Below, piece by piece: positions 20,384-29,982 of a stretch of 64,000 bases of DNA. Every line of letters begins with the position of its first letter. Positions within the stretch are counted from its first letter, which is position 1. The stretch covers positions 22,927 to 86,926 of IMG/VR virus record IMGVR_UViG_2681813435_000006, one strand, 5' to 3'. A model generated the notes under the pieces. That model had not been told where the DNA came from. It searched no databases and saw only the letters and a program-made list of their open reading frames with translations. The stretch is from a virus. Lineage: Duplodnaviria; Heunggongvirae; Uroviricota; Caudoviricetes. A program made the translations under genes and the position numbers.

Positions 20384-23029
20384 GAATTACCTGATGTGGA
20401 TTTAGATTCAGAAGCCCTAAAAAGACAAGGCATCTTTGATTCTTTAAAACAATTTTTTGGATTTGATAATGTCTTAAATATATGTACTTTTAAAACAGAA
20501 GGTTCAAAAAGTACCGTATTAACTTCATGTAGAGGATTAGACATAGATAATGATATTGCACAATTTATAGCAGATTTAATACCATTTGAACGTGGTTCTA
20601 ATTGGAGTTTAGAAGATTGTTTTTATGGAAATGAAGAAAAGGAACGTAAACCGTTAACTGAATTTATCAATGAAGTAACCAAATATCCTAATTTAAAAGA
20701 AACAATGATGGCTATTTCTAATTTAATATCAGGTAGATCAATACATGCAAGTGGAGTTTATGTATTTAAAAATGGATATGTAAATCAAAATAGTTTAATG
20801 AAAGCACCTAATGGACAATATACAACAGCTTGGAATATGACGGACAGTGATTATTGTGGGGGACTAAAGGTAGATTGCTTAACTATAGAAGCACTGGATA
20901 AAATTAGAACAGAATTAGACCTACTGATAGAATATAAAAAAATAAAATGGCAGGGTAATTTGAAAAATACATATAATACATATATACATCCTGATGTTTT
21001 AGATTATAAAACAAAAGAAATGTGGGAAATGATAGGTGATAATAAAATTGAAGACTTATTTCAATTTAATACAAAGGTTGGCTTAGAAGCAAGTAGAAAA
21101 ATTAAACCTTACGATTTACCTACTATGGCAATAGGCAATTCTGTCATGAGATTAATGGGAGACGGGGAAACCAATCCAATTGATACATTTGTAGAATATA
21201 AGAATAATATAAAATTATGGTATAAAGAGTTAAAAGAATGGAAATTGGATGAAGAAGAAATAAAAACTTTAGAAAAATATTTATTACATACATATGGAGT
21301 TGCCACAACGCAAGAAGATGTAATGGAATTAGTAATGGAAGAAAAAATTTGTGATTTTTCTTTAAAAGAAGCTAATAAATTACGAAAAGCAATAGCAAAA
21401 AAGAAACCTAAACTTATAGAAGAATGTAAACAACTATTTTACAATAAAGGTTTAGAAAACAAAACTAGACTTGAACTTCTAGATTATGTTTGGAAAGTAC
21501 AAATAAAAAGACAGCTAGGGTATTCCTTTTCTCGTAATCATACTACACCATATAGTGTAATAGGTTTACAAGAAATGAATCTAGCATATCACTATAACAT
21601 GTTATTTTGGAACTGTTCAGTTTTAACAATTAATGCAGGAGCAGGAGAAAATGAACTAGATATTAATGAAAATAAGAAAAAAACAAAAGTTACTAATTAT
21701 GGGAAGATTGCAACAGCTATAGGACAAATGCAAAACAGAGGGGTAAAAGTAGCTTCACCACATATAAATAAAGCTAAGTTTGGTTTTACTCCTGATGAAA
21801 AAGCAAATGAAATAATATTTGGATTAAAAGGCATAAGTGGTGTAGGTGATGATGCTGCTTATGAAATAATTAATCATAGACCATATAATTCTTTGATAGA
21901 TTTTCATGAGAAATTAGTTAAAACAAAAAAAGAAGTAATATTATCTACTGGTAAAAAACAAAATAAATCCTTAGTGCCTTTTGGAACAACAGTGTCATTA
22001 ATTAAGGCTGGAGCTTTTGATTCTGTAGAAAAGGAAAAGATTCGTGAACAAATTATGAAAGATTATTTAAGATTAAACTTCCCTGATAAAAAAACTTTAG
22101 ATATGAGAGCTACTGAGAGTGTAGTTAATTTGGGGATAGTTCCACAACAATATAAATTAGCGATAAGAGTAAATGGATTTAAGAATTATGTGATAACTAA
22201 AAATAATTTTATTAAACAAGATGAAGAGAAAAAAAGTAAACAATGGTATGTATTAAAAGGACATAATGAAATTACAACTCAAAAGACTATTAATTTTTTT
22301 GAAACATATTTTATAGATGATATGAAAGAAAATGAAGATTATTACTATAATGAACAAGGAAATATAATTTTTTCATGTAAATTAAAATCAACTGGTTTTG
22401 AAAAAGTTTTTGATAAATTAACAAAAGATTTTAAACAATGGTTAAAATCCTCGGATTGTTTAGATAGATATAATAATTTTGTATTTAAAGAAAAATGGAA
22501 TAAATATGCTAATGGAAATATATCTAAATGGGAAATGGATAGTTTATCATTTTATTACCATAAACATGAGTTAGCTAATGTAAATAAAGAAAAATATTTT
22601 ATAAAAAACTTCAGTGAACTACCAGAAGAACCTATAATTGAATCATATGGGAAATATAAAGATAGAGAATATCCAATTTTTAAACTTTATAGAATTGCTG
22701 GTACAGTGCTAGATAAAGATAAAAATAAACATATGGTAACTTTGTTAACTATTAATGGTGAAGTAGTCACTTTAAAATTTTATAGTGGTCAATTTAGTTT
22801 TTATGATAAAACAATTTCAGAACAAAATGATAATGGTGATAAGACTGTTATCGAGGAGAGTTGGTTTAAAAGAGGACAATTAATTATTGTAAGTGGTTAT
22901 CGTAGAAATGATATATTTAAACCTAAAAAATATAAAGATAGTGCTTTTCAACATACTGTATATAAAATTACTGAGGTTGGAGAAAATGGAGAATTATCTT
23001 TTCAAACGGAACGATATAGAGGGGAGTAA
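20384..23029 (+). CDS. dnaE: DNA polymerase III alpha subunit (DnaE-type), exon 2: polymerase core, HhH, OB fold
   Basis: PDVDLDSEALKRQGIFDSLKQFFG aligns with PDFDVDFCMEKRDQVIEHV; LGYSFSRNHTTPYSVIG matches YGFNKSHSAAY; HhH GLKGISGVGDDAAYEII. Confidence 0.75.
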   Translation, partial: ELPDVDLDSEALKRQGIFDSLKQFFGFDNVLNICTFKTEGSKSTVLTSCRGLDIDNDIAQFIADLIPFERGSNWSLEDCFYGNEEKERKPLTEFINEVTKYPNLKETMMAISNLISGRSIHASGVYVFKNGYVNQNSLMKAPNGQYTTAWNMTDSDYCGGLKVDCLTIEALDKIRTELDLLIEYKKIKWQGNLKNTYNTYIHPDVLDYKTKEMWEMIGDNKIEDLFQFNTKVGLEASRKIKPYDLPTMAIGNSVMRLMGDGETNPIDTFVEYKNNIKLWYKELKEWKLDEEEIKTLEKYLLHTYGVATTQEDVMELVMEEKICDFSLKEANKLRKAIAKKKPKLIEECKQLFYNKGLENKTRLELLDYVWKVQIKRQLGYSFSRNHTTPYSVIGLQEMNLAYHYNMLFWNCSVLTINAGAGENELDINENKKKTKVTNYGKIATAIGQMQNRGVKVASPHINKAKFGFTPDEKANEIIFGLKGISGVGDDAAYEIINHRPYNSLIDFHEKLVKTKKEVILSTGKKQNKSLVPFGTTVSLIKAGAFDSVEKEKIREQIMKDYLRLNFPDKKTLDMRATESVVNLGIVPQQYKLAIRVNGFKNYVITKNNFIKQDEEKKSKQWYVLKGHNEITTQKTINFFETYFIDDMKENEDYYYNEQGNIIFSCKLKSTGFEKVFDKLTKDFKQWLKSSDCLDRYNNFVFKEKWNKYANGNISKWEMDSLSFYYHKHELANVNKEKYFIKNFSELPEEPIIESYGKYKDREYPIFKLYRIAGTVLDKDKNKHMVTLLTINGEVVTLKFYSGQFSFYDKTISEQNDNGDKTVIEESWFKRGQLIIVSGYRRNDIFKPKKYKDSAFQHTVYKITEVGENGELSFQTERYRGE

Positions 23030-23034
23030 AATTA

Positions 23035-25332
23035 ATGAGTGAGAATATAGAGACAGGAGAAATTGTATCTTGTGAAGTAAAGATTAAAACAAAACTATAT
23101 CCTAAAACAGAAACACATAAATCAGATGATTGGTGCATATTAACAGGAAAAGTCGTTCAAGTTTTAAAAGGCGAACCCAAAGTACATGAAGTATTTGACA
23201 CTATAACTATAGTGGGTAATTTACCTAAATATAACTATACAGATACATATAAATTAGTAGGAAAAGAAACTTATAATGAGCAATACAAATCATATCAATA
23301 TGAAAAAATGTATTTTGGTAAGCCTATGGATTTAAATAATAAAAAAGAGCAGAAAATTTTTCTTTCGCATATATTAACTGAAAAACAATTTAATAATTTT
23401 TATAATACATATGAGAATCCATTTGATGTCATTCGCACAGAAGAGTTAGAGAAAATAACAAAAGTAAAAGGGATAGGAGCAAAGACAGCAATTAAAATTA
23501 TAGAAGACTATAAGAATACAATTGATTATAGTGCTATATATGTAGAATTAGATGAATATGGATTAACGCAAAAAATGGTTGAAAAGTTGATTGAGCAATA
23601 TGGTAGTCCTAATATAGTTATTGATAAGATAAAAGAAAATCCTTATATTCTAATTACGGAAGTAAATGGTATAGGCTGGTCAAAAGCTGATGATATGGCA
23701 TTAAAAGCTGGTATGCCTATTGATTCTGAATTTAGAGTACAAGCTTTTATTCAACATATATTAGAAGAAGAAGCTCAAAAAGGGAATTCATATGTTAGTC
23801 CAATATATTTAATGGAACTAATGTACACTGAGTTAGGTGAGATAGATAATGAAACATTAAGTAGGATAATACAAGATATGTATAAGAAAAAGATATTATG
23901 GCATAACTGTGACAAAGAAAGTAACAAAACAACAAAAGTTGGATTAATGAAATATTATAATTTAGAAAAGAATATTTGCAACGAATTAAAACGAATAAAT
24001 AATGGAATCAATATTTTTCAATTTAATAATTGGAAAACAATAATAAAAGAGACTGAGCAAAAACAAGGGTGGGAATATACAGATGAACAAAAGACAGCAA
24101 TAAAGGAAGCTTTAAAGAATCAGTTTATTATGATTACAGGAGGTGGGGGAACAGGAAAAACGAGTGTAGTTAATGGTATAATTAGTGTTTTATATAATTA
24201 TGGATTTGTTCAAACTGCATTATCAGGTAAAGCTGCTTCCAGAATGGCGGAGGTTACAGGAGAAGAAGGATATACAATTCACAGATTGTTAGGGTATAAA
24301 AAGCCTCATGGGTTTTTTTATAAGAAAGATAATCCAATTCCAAAAGAAATAATTATAGTTGATGAAATATCTATGTTAGGTGGAAATTTATTCTATGATT
24401 TAATTAAAGCAATAGATACAAACAGTAAATTAATTGTATTAGGAGACATACATCAATTAGAAAGTATTGGCTGTATGAACTTAGCAAAAGATATTTTAGA
24501 AAGTGAAACTTTAAAAAGTGTAGAATTAACAAAAATACATAGGCAAGCTCAAAAATCAGGAATTATTACAAGTAGTATGTCAATAAGAAATAAAATTCCT
24601 TTATATGAAAAAGGATGGATTGGACATGAAATATATGGTGAATTAAAAGATTTCGAGTTAGAAGTTTATAAAGATAAAGAGGATAGTGTTAATAAATGCT
24701 TAGAATATTTTAAAAAATGCTTACCTTTAGCTACAGACATAACAGAAATACAAGTATTAGTACCTGTAAAAGATAGAGGAGAAGCAAGTGTTTATAATTT
24801 AAACAATAAAATACAAGAAATATATAATCCATCTCATAATAATAATGAGATACAAATTTCTTTAACTAAAGATAAGAAATTTACAATTAGAGAGAATGAC
24901 AAAATAATGGTTATTAAAAATAATTATAAAATTATTGACGTAACTGGTAGAAATACACCTATTTTTAATGGTCAACAAGGAATAGTAAAATCTATAGATT
25001 TAGACAATGAAATTATATATGTTGATATGCCGTATGTTAGTAATGAATTAGTAATAATACCAAAAAAATATTGGGGTAGCTTAATTTTAGGTTATGCTAT
25101 GACAGTAGCAAAATCTCAAGGAAGTCAATACGAATACGTTATAGGTTGTATAGATTACTCTACTCCGCCTATGATGTTAGTAAAAGAATTAGTGTACACT
25201 TTAATAACTAGAGCTTCTAAATATGGTGTATTATTAGGAGAAACAAATGCATTATATAAGGCTATGATTACAAGCTTTGTATCTAAAAAGCAAACATTTT
25301 TAAAATATATGCTTGATAATGAAATAATTTGA
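23035..25332 (+). CDS. RecD-like ATP-dependent DNA helicase (SF1B)
   Basis: N-terminal HhH KVKGIGAKTAIKI; Walker A ITGGGGTGKTS; Walker B IIVDEISM; C-terminal AMTVAKSQGSQYEYV (compare RecD TVHKSQGSE). Confidence 0.75.
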   Translation: MSENIETGEIVSCEVKIKTKLYPKTETHKSDDWCILTGKVVQVLKGEPKVHEVFDTITIVGNLPKYNYTDTYKLVGKETYNEQYKSYQYEKMYFGKPMDLNNKKEQKIFLSHILTEKQFNNFYNTYENPFDVIRTEELEKITKVKGIGAKTAIKIIEDYKNTIDYSAIYVELDEYGLTQKMVEKLIEQYGSPNIVIDKIKENPYILITEVNGIGWSKADDMALKAGMPIDSEFRVQAFIQHILEEEAQKGNSYVSPIYLMELMYTELGEIDNETLSRIIQDMYKKKILWHNCDKESNKTTKVGLMKYYNLEKNICNELKRINNGINIFQFNNWKTIIKETEQKQGWEYTDEQKTAIKEALKNQFIMITGGGGTGKTSVVNGIISVLYNYGFVQTALSGKAASRMAEVTGEEGYTIHRLLGYKKPHGFFYKKDNPIPKEIIIVDEISMLGGNLFYDLIKAIDTNSKLIVLGDIHQLESIGCMNLAKDILESETLKSVELTKIHRQAQKSGIITSSMSIRNKIPLYEKGWIGHEIYGELKDFELEVYKDKEDSVNKCLEYFKKCLPLATDITEIQVLVPVKDRGEASVYNLNNKIQEIYNPSHNNNEIQISLTKDKKFTIRENDKIMVIKNNYKIIDVTGRNTPIFNGQQGIVKSIDLDNEIIYVDMPYVSNELVIIPKKYWGSLILGYAMTVAKSQGSQYEYVIGCIDYSTPPMMLVKELVYTLITRASKYGVLLGETNALYKAMITSFVSKKQTFLKYMLDNEII

Positions 25333-25350
25333 TAAAAAGCTAATAATCAT

Positions 25351-25379
25351 TTGACAAATATAAAATAATTTGGTAAAAT
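25351..25379 (+). promoter_or_regulatory. sigmaA-type promoter TTGACA-N17-TAAAAT with AATATAAAATAATTTGG spacer
   Basis: Read directly. Confidence 0.45.
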
Positions 25380-25432
25380 TAAATTGTAGGTTAAGGGAAA
25401 TATAAAACTTTTAATCTAAGAAAGGAGTAATT

Positions 25433-25690
25433 ATGTTAGATGAAAGATTAATTACAAAGGAAGATGGAGAATTGTCAAGCGAAGATGTATATGATATCGG
25501 TATTATATTTAATAGTGTTGATGAATGTATTAAAACTTTAAGTTCAAAATTGAATAAGAAATATGAGGAAATATTAAATGATTTTAATGAAGAGAAATCA
25601 TATCATTGTGGCTTAGATAGTTATTATGTAGTATATGATAAATATGTTGTATTTTCAACAGGTAGAGTTGCTGAAGTTGAGTTCTATTAA
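25433..25690 (+). CDS. hypothetical protein
   Basis: RBS AAAGGAG. Confidence 0.4.
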   Translation: MLDERLITKEDGELSSEDVYDIGIIFNSVDECIKTLSSKLNKKYEEILNDFNEEKSYHCGLDSYYVVYDKYVVFSTGRVAEVEFY

Positions 25691-25749
25691 AATAAGAATT
25701 TTATAGCGAAATTTGAATTAAAATGATTTAATAAAAAAGGAGTGGTGTC

Positions 25750-25920
25750 ATGCAAGATAAATGTGAAATATGTAAGAGAAAACAAGAAGATTTAAACCCC
25801 ATTACATTAGATGGCACAAGTGATTTTTATAACTTAGAAGTTTGTGATATCTGCTACTCTAAATATGGTGAGGATTATTTTTCACCCGAAGATATAGATA
25901 GTTTAATAAAGCAATTATAA
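25750..25920 (+). CDS. hypothetical small zinc-ribbon protein (56 aa), not in the track
   Basis: RBS AAAGGAGTGG; CEICK...CDICYS. Confidence 0.3.
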   Translation: MQDKCEICKRKQEDLNPITLDGTSDFYNLEVCDICYSKYGEDYFSPEDIDSLIKQL

Positions 25921-25937
25921 TAAAGGAGCTGATAAGC

Positions 25938-26450
25938 ATGTCTAGTATGTATTACATAGGCACATTTAAAGACAATATTATTAATAAACCAATTAAGATT
26001 ACAGGTATTACTCAAAATTGTATTGAGGATATTTTAGAATATTGTGATATAAATGTTTATGAAGATTTCAATTATTTTAATAGCGATAGAAATTTATTAT
26101 TTTATAAAATAACTAAAGTAAATAGAGATATAATACCTAATCCATTCATTAATGATGATTTTTATAAGGATGAGATTGGATACAATGAATTCCCAGTTGT
26201 TTGTAATGAAAAAATCTTAGGAAGTGGCAATTCATATCACATGAATAAAGCTGATATAACTTTGCCAAATTATAAAAACTTTAGAAAAACTGTATTAACT
26301 ATGGAATTAGTAGATGATATTTTAAAAGATTATAGTGGATGGATAAATAATAGAGAGGAACATTTTTTTAATGAGATTAATAAAATTTATAAAACTATAA
26401 CAATCTGGATTGAAAATAATGAATTGATTTATTGGTGGAAATATATTTAA
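25938..26450 (+). CDS. hypothetical protein
   Basis: RBS AAAGGAG. Confidence 0.45.
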   Translation: MSSMYYIGTFKDNIINKPIKITGITQNCIEDILEYCDINVYEDFNYFNSDRNLLFYKITKVNRDIIPNPFINDDFYKDEIGYNEFPVVCNEKILGSGNSYHMNKADITLPNYKNFRKTVLTMELVDDILKDYSGWINNREEHFFNEINKIYKTITIWIENNELIYWWKYI

Positions 26451-26510
26451 AAAGTAAATAAAATTCGAGATTTACAACAATTTAAAACAATTTAAAAGAT
26501 AAATGGAGGT

Positions 26511-26903
26511 ATGGTTATGTTTAGTAAAAATTTTAAAAAGGGAAAATATTATATAGGAGACCCTTGTTATGCTGTAAAAGAGCAAAAAGATTGGTCAAAA
26601 TTATTAGATGACACAGATTATTTTGAGGCAGAAAATCAATTCTACAAAGGCTATCCTATCCTTGGAGGAGGTACTGCTTATGGAGATGGTATATATAAAG
26701 ATAATGAAGGAAGAAAATATAGTGTTGACGCAGGGCTAATTGGAATAATGCCTATTGAAGCTATTGATAAGGAATGTGAAAACATAGAACGTTTAGGAAA
26801 TATAATTGATTTTGATAATAATTTTATTACAGAAATTAAAGACGGAATTTTTAAATTCGGAGATATAGTTATAGATACAATTGGTGAATACGAGGAGGAG
26901 TAA
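26511..26903 (+). CDS. hypothetical protein
   Basis: RBS AATGGAGG. Confidence 0.4.
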   Translation: MVMFSKNFKKGKYYIGDPCYAVKEQKDWSKLLDDTDYFEAENQFYKGYPILGGGTAYGDGIYKDNEGRKYSVDAGLIGIMPIEAIDKECENIERLGNIIDFDNNFITEIKDGIFKFGDIVIDTIGEYEEE

Positions 26904-26906
26904 TAA

Positions 26907-27089
26907 ATGAAAATACTTTTAGGATTATTATTTATATTAACATTTATAAGTTGGTTGTTTAGTGTTATTAAATGGTTTATATATTGTCGTAAAAAGAATA
27001 TTAATAAGTCTCAATTTTGGTTATGTTCATTACTTATAAGTTGTTTTATACTTAATATTTTAAATTTAGGAATTCAATGTATAAAATAA
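26907..27089 (+). CDS. hypothetical small membrane protein
   Basis: Two TM-like segments; tightly packed behind the upstream gene. Confidence 0.35.
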   Translation: MKILLGLLFILTFISWLFSVIKWFIYCRKKNINKSQFWLCSLLISCFILNILNLGIQCIK

Positions 27090-27113
27090 TTAAAAAAAGG
27101 AGAGAAATGAGAT

Positions 27114-27659
27114 ATGGGAAGAAAGGGAAATATAGGATGGGGCATTTCAAATTACTTTAAATTACCTAATAGGAAAAGAAAACTACTAACTAAAGAGTTT
27201 TTACAAACTTTCAAAGAAGAAATAATTAAAAGAGATATCGAACGTAATAAAAAACATAATAGACCTCAAATTGATTATGAAAAAGAAACTTATAATAGTT
27301 TTTATAGTCAAATAGAAGGAACTTATTTGTTTTATGAATCTTTGGAAAGTGCTTGTAAAAAACATAATTTAGTTAAAGCAATTTATACATATGCTACAAA
27401 AATGCCTTGGTATGATAGTGATTGTTTTGATGATGATTTAGTTTTAGAGATGGTCAAAAGGGGTGTAATTGAAAAAGATAAACCAGAAGATTACTTTTCA
27501 GATTATCATGAAACAGATTATATGAAAGCTAAATATAAATTGGTGCAATATAACAAAGGATACAATGTGATTAAGTATGGCAATTGGTTTGATGATGATA
27601 AAAAAGGCTTAGAAGCTATTTATAAGGATAGTGATTGGGAATTAATTTGGTTAAATTAG
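27114..27659 (+). CDS. hypothetical protein
   Basis: RBS AAAGGAGAG. Confidence 0.4.
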   Translation: MGRKGNIGWGISNYFKLPNRKRKLLTKEFLQTFKEEIIKRDIERNKKHNRPQIDYEKETYNSFYSQIEGTYLFYESLESACKKHNLVKAIYTYATKMPWYDSDCFDDDLVLEMVKRGVIEKDKPEDYFSDYHETDYMKAKYKLVQYNKGYNVIKYGNWFDDDKKGLEAIYKDSDWELIWLN

Positions 27660-27715
27660 AACTGAATAAAAGCTAAAATATATTAAAAATAATTTAATAA
27701 AAAAGGAGAGTTTTT

Positions 27716-28531
27716 ATGAAAGGTGCTATATTAGGAGATATCATAGGTTCAAGATTTGAATTTAGTAAACTAAGAAATAACAAGTCAGAAGATTTTAAAC
27801 TATTTGATAAAAAATGTGAGTTTACAGATGACACAGTTTTAACTATAGCTACAGCAGATGCAATTTTAAATAATAAAAGTTTTGAACAAGCATATCGAGA
27901 ATGGGGAAATAGGTATCCTAATTGCAGTTATGGTAACTCATTTAAAAATTGGTTAGAATCTGATAATGCTAAACCATATAATAGTTTTGGAAATGGTTCA
28001 GCTATGAGAGTTAGTCCTATAGGATGGCTATACAACGATTTAAAAACTGTAATGGATAAAGCAGAAGAATCAGCAATAGCAACACATAATCATATAGAAG
28101 GAATTAAAGGGGCTTCTGCTATAGCAGCTTGTGTTTATTTAGCAAGAATGAAAACTCCTAAAAAGGTAATTAAAGAATTTATAGAAACATTTTTCGATTA
28201 TAATTTAAATAAAAGCATAAAAGATATAAGATCAAGTTATTTTTTCGATGAAACTTGTCAAGGAAGTGTACCAGAATCAATTATATGTTTTCTTGAAGGA
28301 AAATCATATGAAGATGTTGTTAGAAAAGCTGTTAGTCTAGGTGGAGATACTGATACTCAAGCCTGTATAGCAGGAGGCATAGCAGAAGCCTATTATGGAA
28401 TACCCCTTGAATATATGATGCAATTAAATCCTTATTTAGATAAGTATTTACTATATATTATTGTTCAATTTGATAAAGTAATAAGACGAGGCATGGTTGA
28501 AGACTATTTCAAAAACAATTTAATAAAATGA
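27716..28531 (+). CDS. ADP-ribosylglycohydrolase (ARH/DraG family)
   Basis: N-terminal GAILGDIIGSRFEF (compare GxxxGDALGxPxEF); FTDDTVLTIA; GGDTDTQACIAGGIAEAYYG (the family's Mg-binding GGDTDT motif). Confidence 0.7.
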   Translation: MKGAILGDIIGSRFEFSKLRNNKSEDFKLFDKKCEFTDDTVLTIATADAILNNKSFEQAYREWGNRYPNCSYGNSFKNWLESDNAKPYNSFGNGSAMRVSPIGWLYNDLKTVMDKAEESAIATHNHIEGIKGASAIAACVYLARMKTPKKVIKEFIETFFDYNLNKSIKDIRSSYFFDETCQGSVPESIICFLEGKSYEDVVRKAVSLGGDTDTQACIAGGIAEAYYGIPLEYMMQLNPYLDKYLLYIIVQFDKVIRRGMVEDYFKNNLIK

Positions 28532-28554
28532 TTCTTTTATCAAAAGTTTAGGAG

Positions 28555-28941
28555 GTGATTAAATTTAAAATGCTATATGATTGTTTTATGCAAAATCCTT
28601 TTTTAAATGGACTTGCTACTCTATGTGGTTTAATGTGGTATTTAGTCCTCTGCAAAGATATTCAAAAAGATTGGAGTAGTCATAAGAAAAGCAAAAAATA
28701 TCAAGGTATATACATAGGAGATATAATTGTAAATATCATAACTCTACCATTGGGGTTAATAAAAATTTTTGGATATATAATAATTGCAATAATAAAAGGG
28801 GTATCGGCTTTAATGGAAGTTAAGATAAAAGATTGTGAACATAAAAATAAAACCAATATAATCCTAAATAATCAAGATAACGTTAAAACAGTCCCTCCAA
28901 CAAATGCTCCAGCACCTCCGCCACCACCAAAACAACATTAA
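28555..28941 (+). CDS. hypothetical membrane protein with Pro-rich C-terminus (PPTNAPAPPPPPKQH)
   Basis: Two to three hydrophobic segments. Confidence 0.4.
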   Translation: MIKFKMLYDCFMQNPFLNGLATLCGLMWYLVLCKDIQKDWSSHKKSKKYQGIYIGDIIVNIITLPLGLIKIFGYIIIAIIKGVSALMEVKIKDCEHKNKTNIILNNQDNVKTVPPTNAPAPPPPPKQH

Positions 28942-28947
28942 AAGAAG

Positions 28948-29565
28948 GTGATTAAAATATCAGATATTCAAGATAAAGAGTTTCTTAAAGATATGATTAA
29001 TTTAGCTTTGGAAACAAAAGATAAGGAATGGTTTAATCAATTAACTAATGAATTAAATAAGTTAGAAAAAGAAGATGATACAGAAATAGATTTATTTAAT
29101 CCTAAAAGTGATTACGAAGGTTATTATAATGATTTATTTGAGTATGAACATTACATATGTCAAACCGATTGTGATTTAGTGGAAGGTCAAGCTTTAGCAA
29201 TTATAGATAATAAAATTTATGGCAATATAAATAATCAAGAAACTTTCAATAAAGTAGAAGTTATTGTTCAGTTAAAAGAAAATAAAACATACAAGAATGG
29301 AGATAAAATACCTAAATTAGAATTAAAAATGTGTGATGATAATCTATTATGTACTGCCTTATGGCTTTTAGGTTATCTTGGAGGACAAGCAGATGTGGAA
29401 AATTATTGTAATATCATAAAACAAGAAAATGAATTACTAGATAAAGAAGTAGAAAGTTTAAAAGAGTATAATGATTTATTAAAATCAGAATTAGGAAGAT
29501 TACAAAGTGATTACTTTGCAAACAAAGAGAAAAAGAAGTTTAAGTGGAAATTTTGGAAGAAATGA
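28948..29565 (+). CDS. hypothetical protein (C-terminal coiled coil)
   Basis: RBS AGAAGG. Confidence 0.4.
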   Translation: MIKISDIQDKEFLKDMINLALETKDKEWFNQLTNELNKLEKEDDTEIDLFNPKSDYEGYYNDLFEYEHYICQTDCDLVEGQALAIIDNKIYGNINNQETFNKVEVIVQLKENKTYKNGDKIPKLELKMCDDNLLCTALWLLGYLGGQADVENYCNIIKQENELLDKEVESLKEYNDLLKSELGRLQSDYFANKEKKKFKWKFWKK

Positions 29566-29621
29566 TTATGAAATAATTTTAAAACAAATACATAAAACTG
29601 AAAAGGGATGGGTGAAAAATA

Positions 29622-29909
29622 ATGAACAAAATATTTGAAACAACAGGTAAAAACGAGAAGCAATTAACATTATATATATTATGTAAATCTAAAAAAGAAG
29701 TAAACCAGATTAGTAATTTTCTTTGGGAAGATAGGAGAATAGGAGAAATAATAGAACATGACATAGAAGACAATTGCTGTTATCAAGATGATAATAATAA
29801 GTATTTTTGTAAGCCTTTTAAGGAGTTAATTAAAAGTAAAAGATTAGATTTACATAAAGATTATAAGAAACCTCAGACTATACATAGTGTTTATGCAGAT
29901 TTAAAATAA
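29622..29909 (+). CDS. hypothetical protein
   Basis: RBS AAAGGGATGGG. Confidence 0.4.
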   Translation: MNKIFETTGKNEKQLTLYILCKSKKEVNQISNFLWEDRRIGEIIEHDIEDNCCYQDDNNKYFCKPFKELIKSKRLDLHKDYKKPQTIHSVYADLK

Positions 29910-29931
29910 TTTAGAAAACAAATACATATGC

Positions 29932-29960
29932 TTGACTAATATAAAATAATTTGGTAATAT
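29932..29960 (+). promoter_or_regulatory. sigmaA-type promoter TTGACT-AATATAAAATAATTTGG-TAATAT (identical copies at 37032 and 46178)
   Basis: Exact 29-nt repeat found three times in the window. Confidence 0.5.
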
Positions 29961-29982
29961 TAAATAGAAAGGTTGAGAGAGA

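Noticed and set aside
19136-20395. tRNA or other small RNA genes in the GC-enriched islands (19145-19360, 20187-20395)
   Set aside because: These segments flank the GIY-YIG gene within an interrupted polymerase gene and fit a group I intron core. No cloverleaf with an acceptor/T-arm GTTC pattern could be drawn. No other tRNA-like GC islands were noticed in the window.
27114-29565. A cognate ADP-ribosyltransferase adjacent to the ARH gene
   Set aside because: None of the neighbouring ORFs shows a recognisable R / S-T-S / ExE or H-Y-E ART signature by eye, so no ART-ARH pair is claimed.
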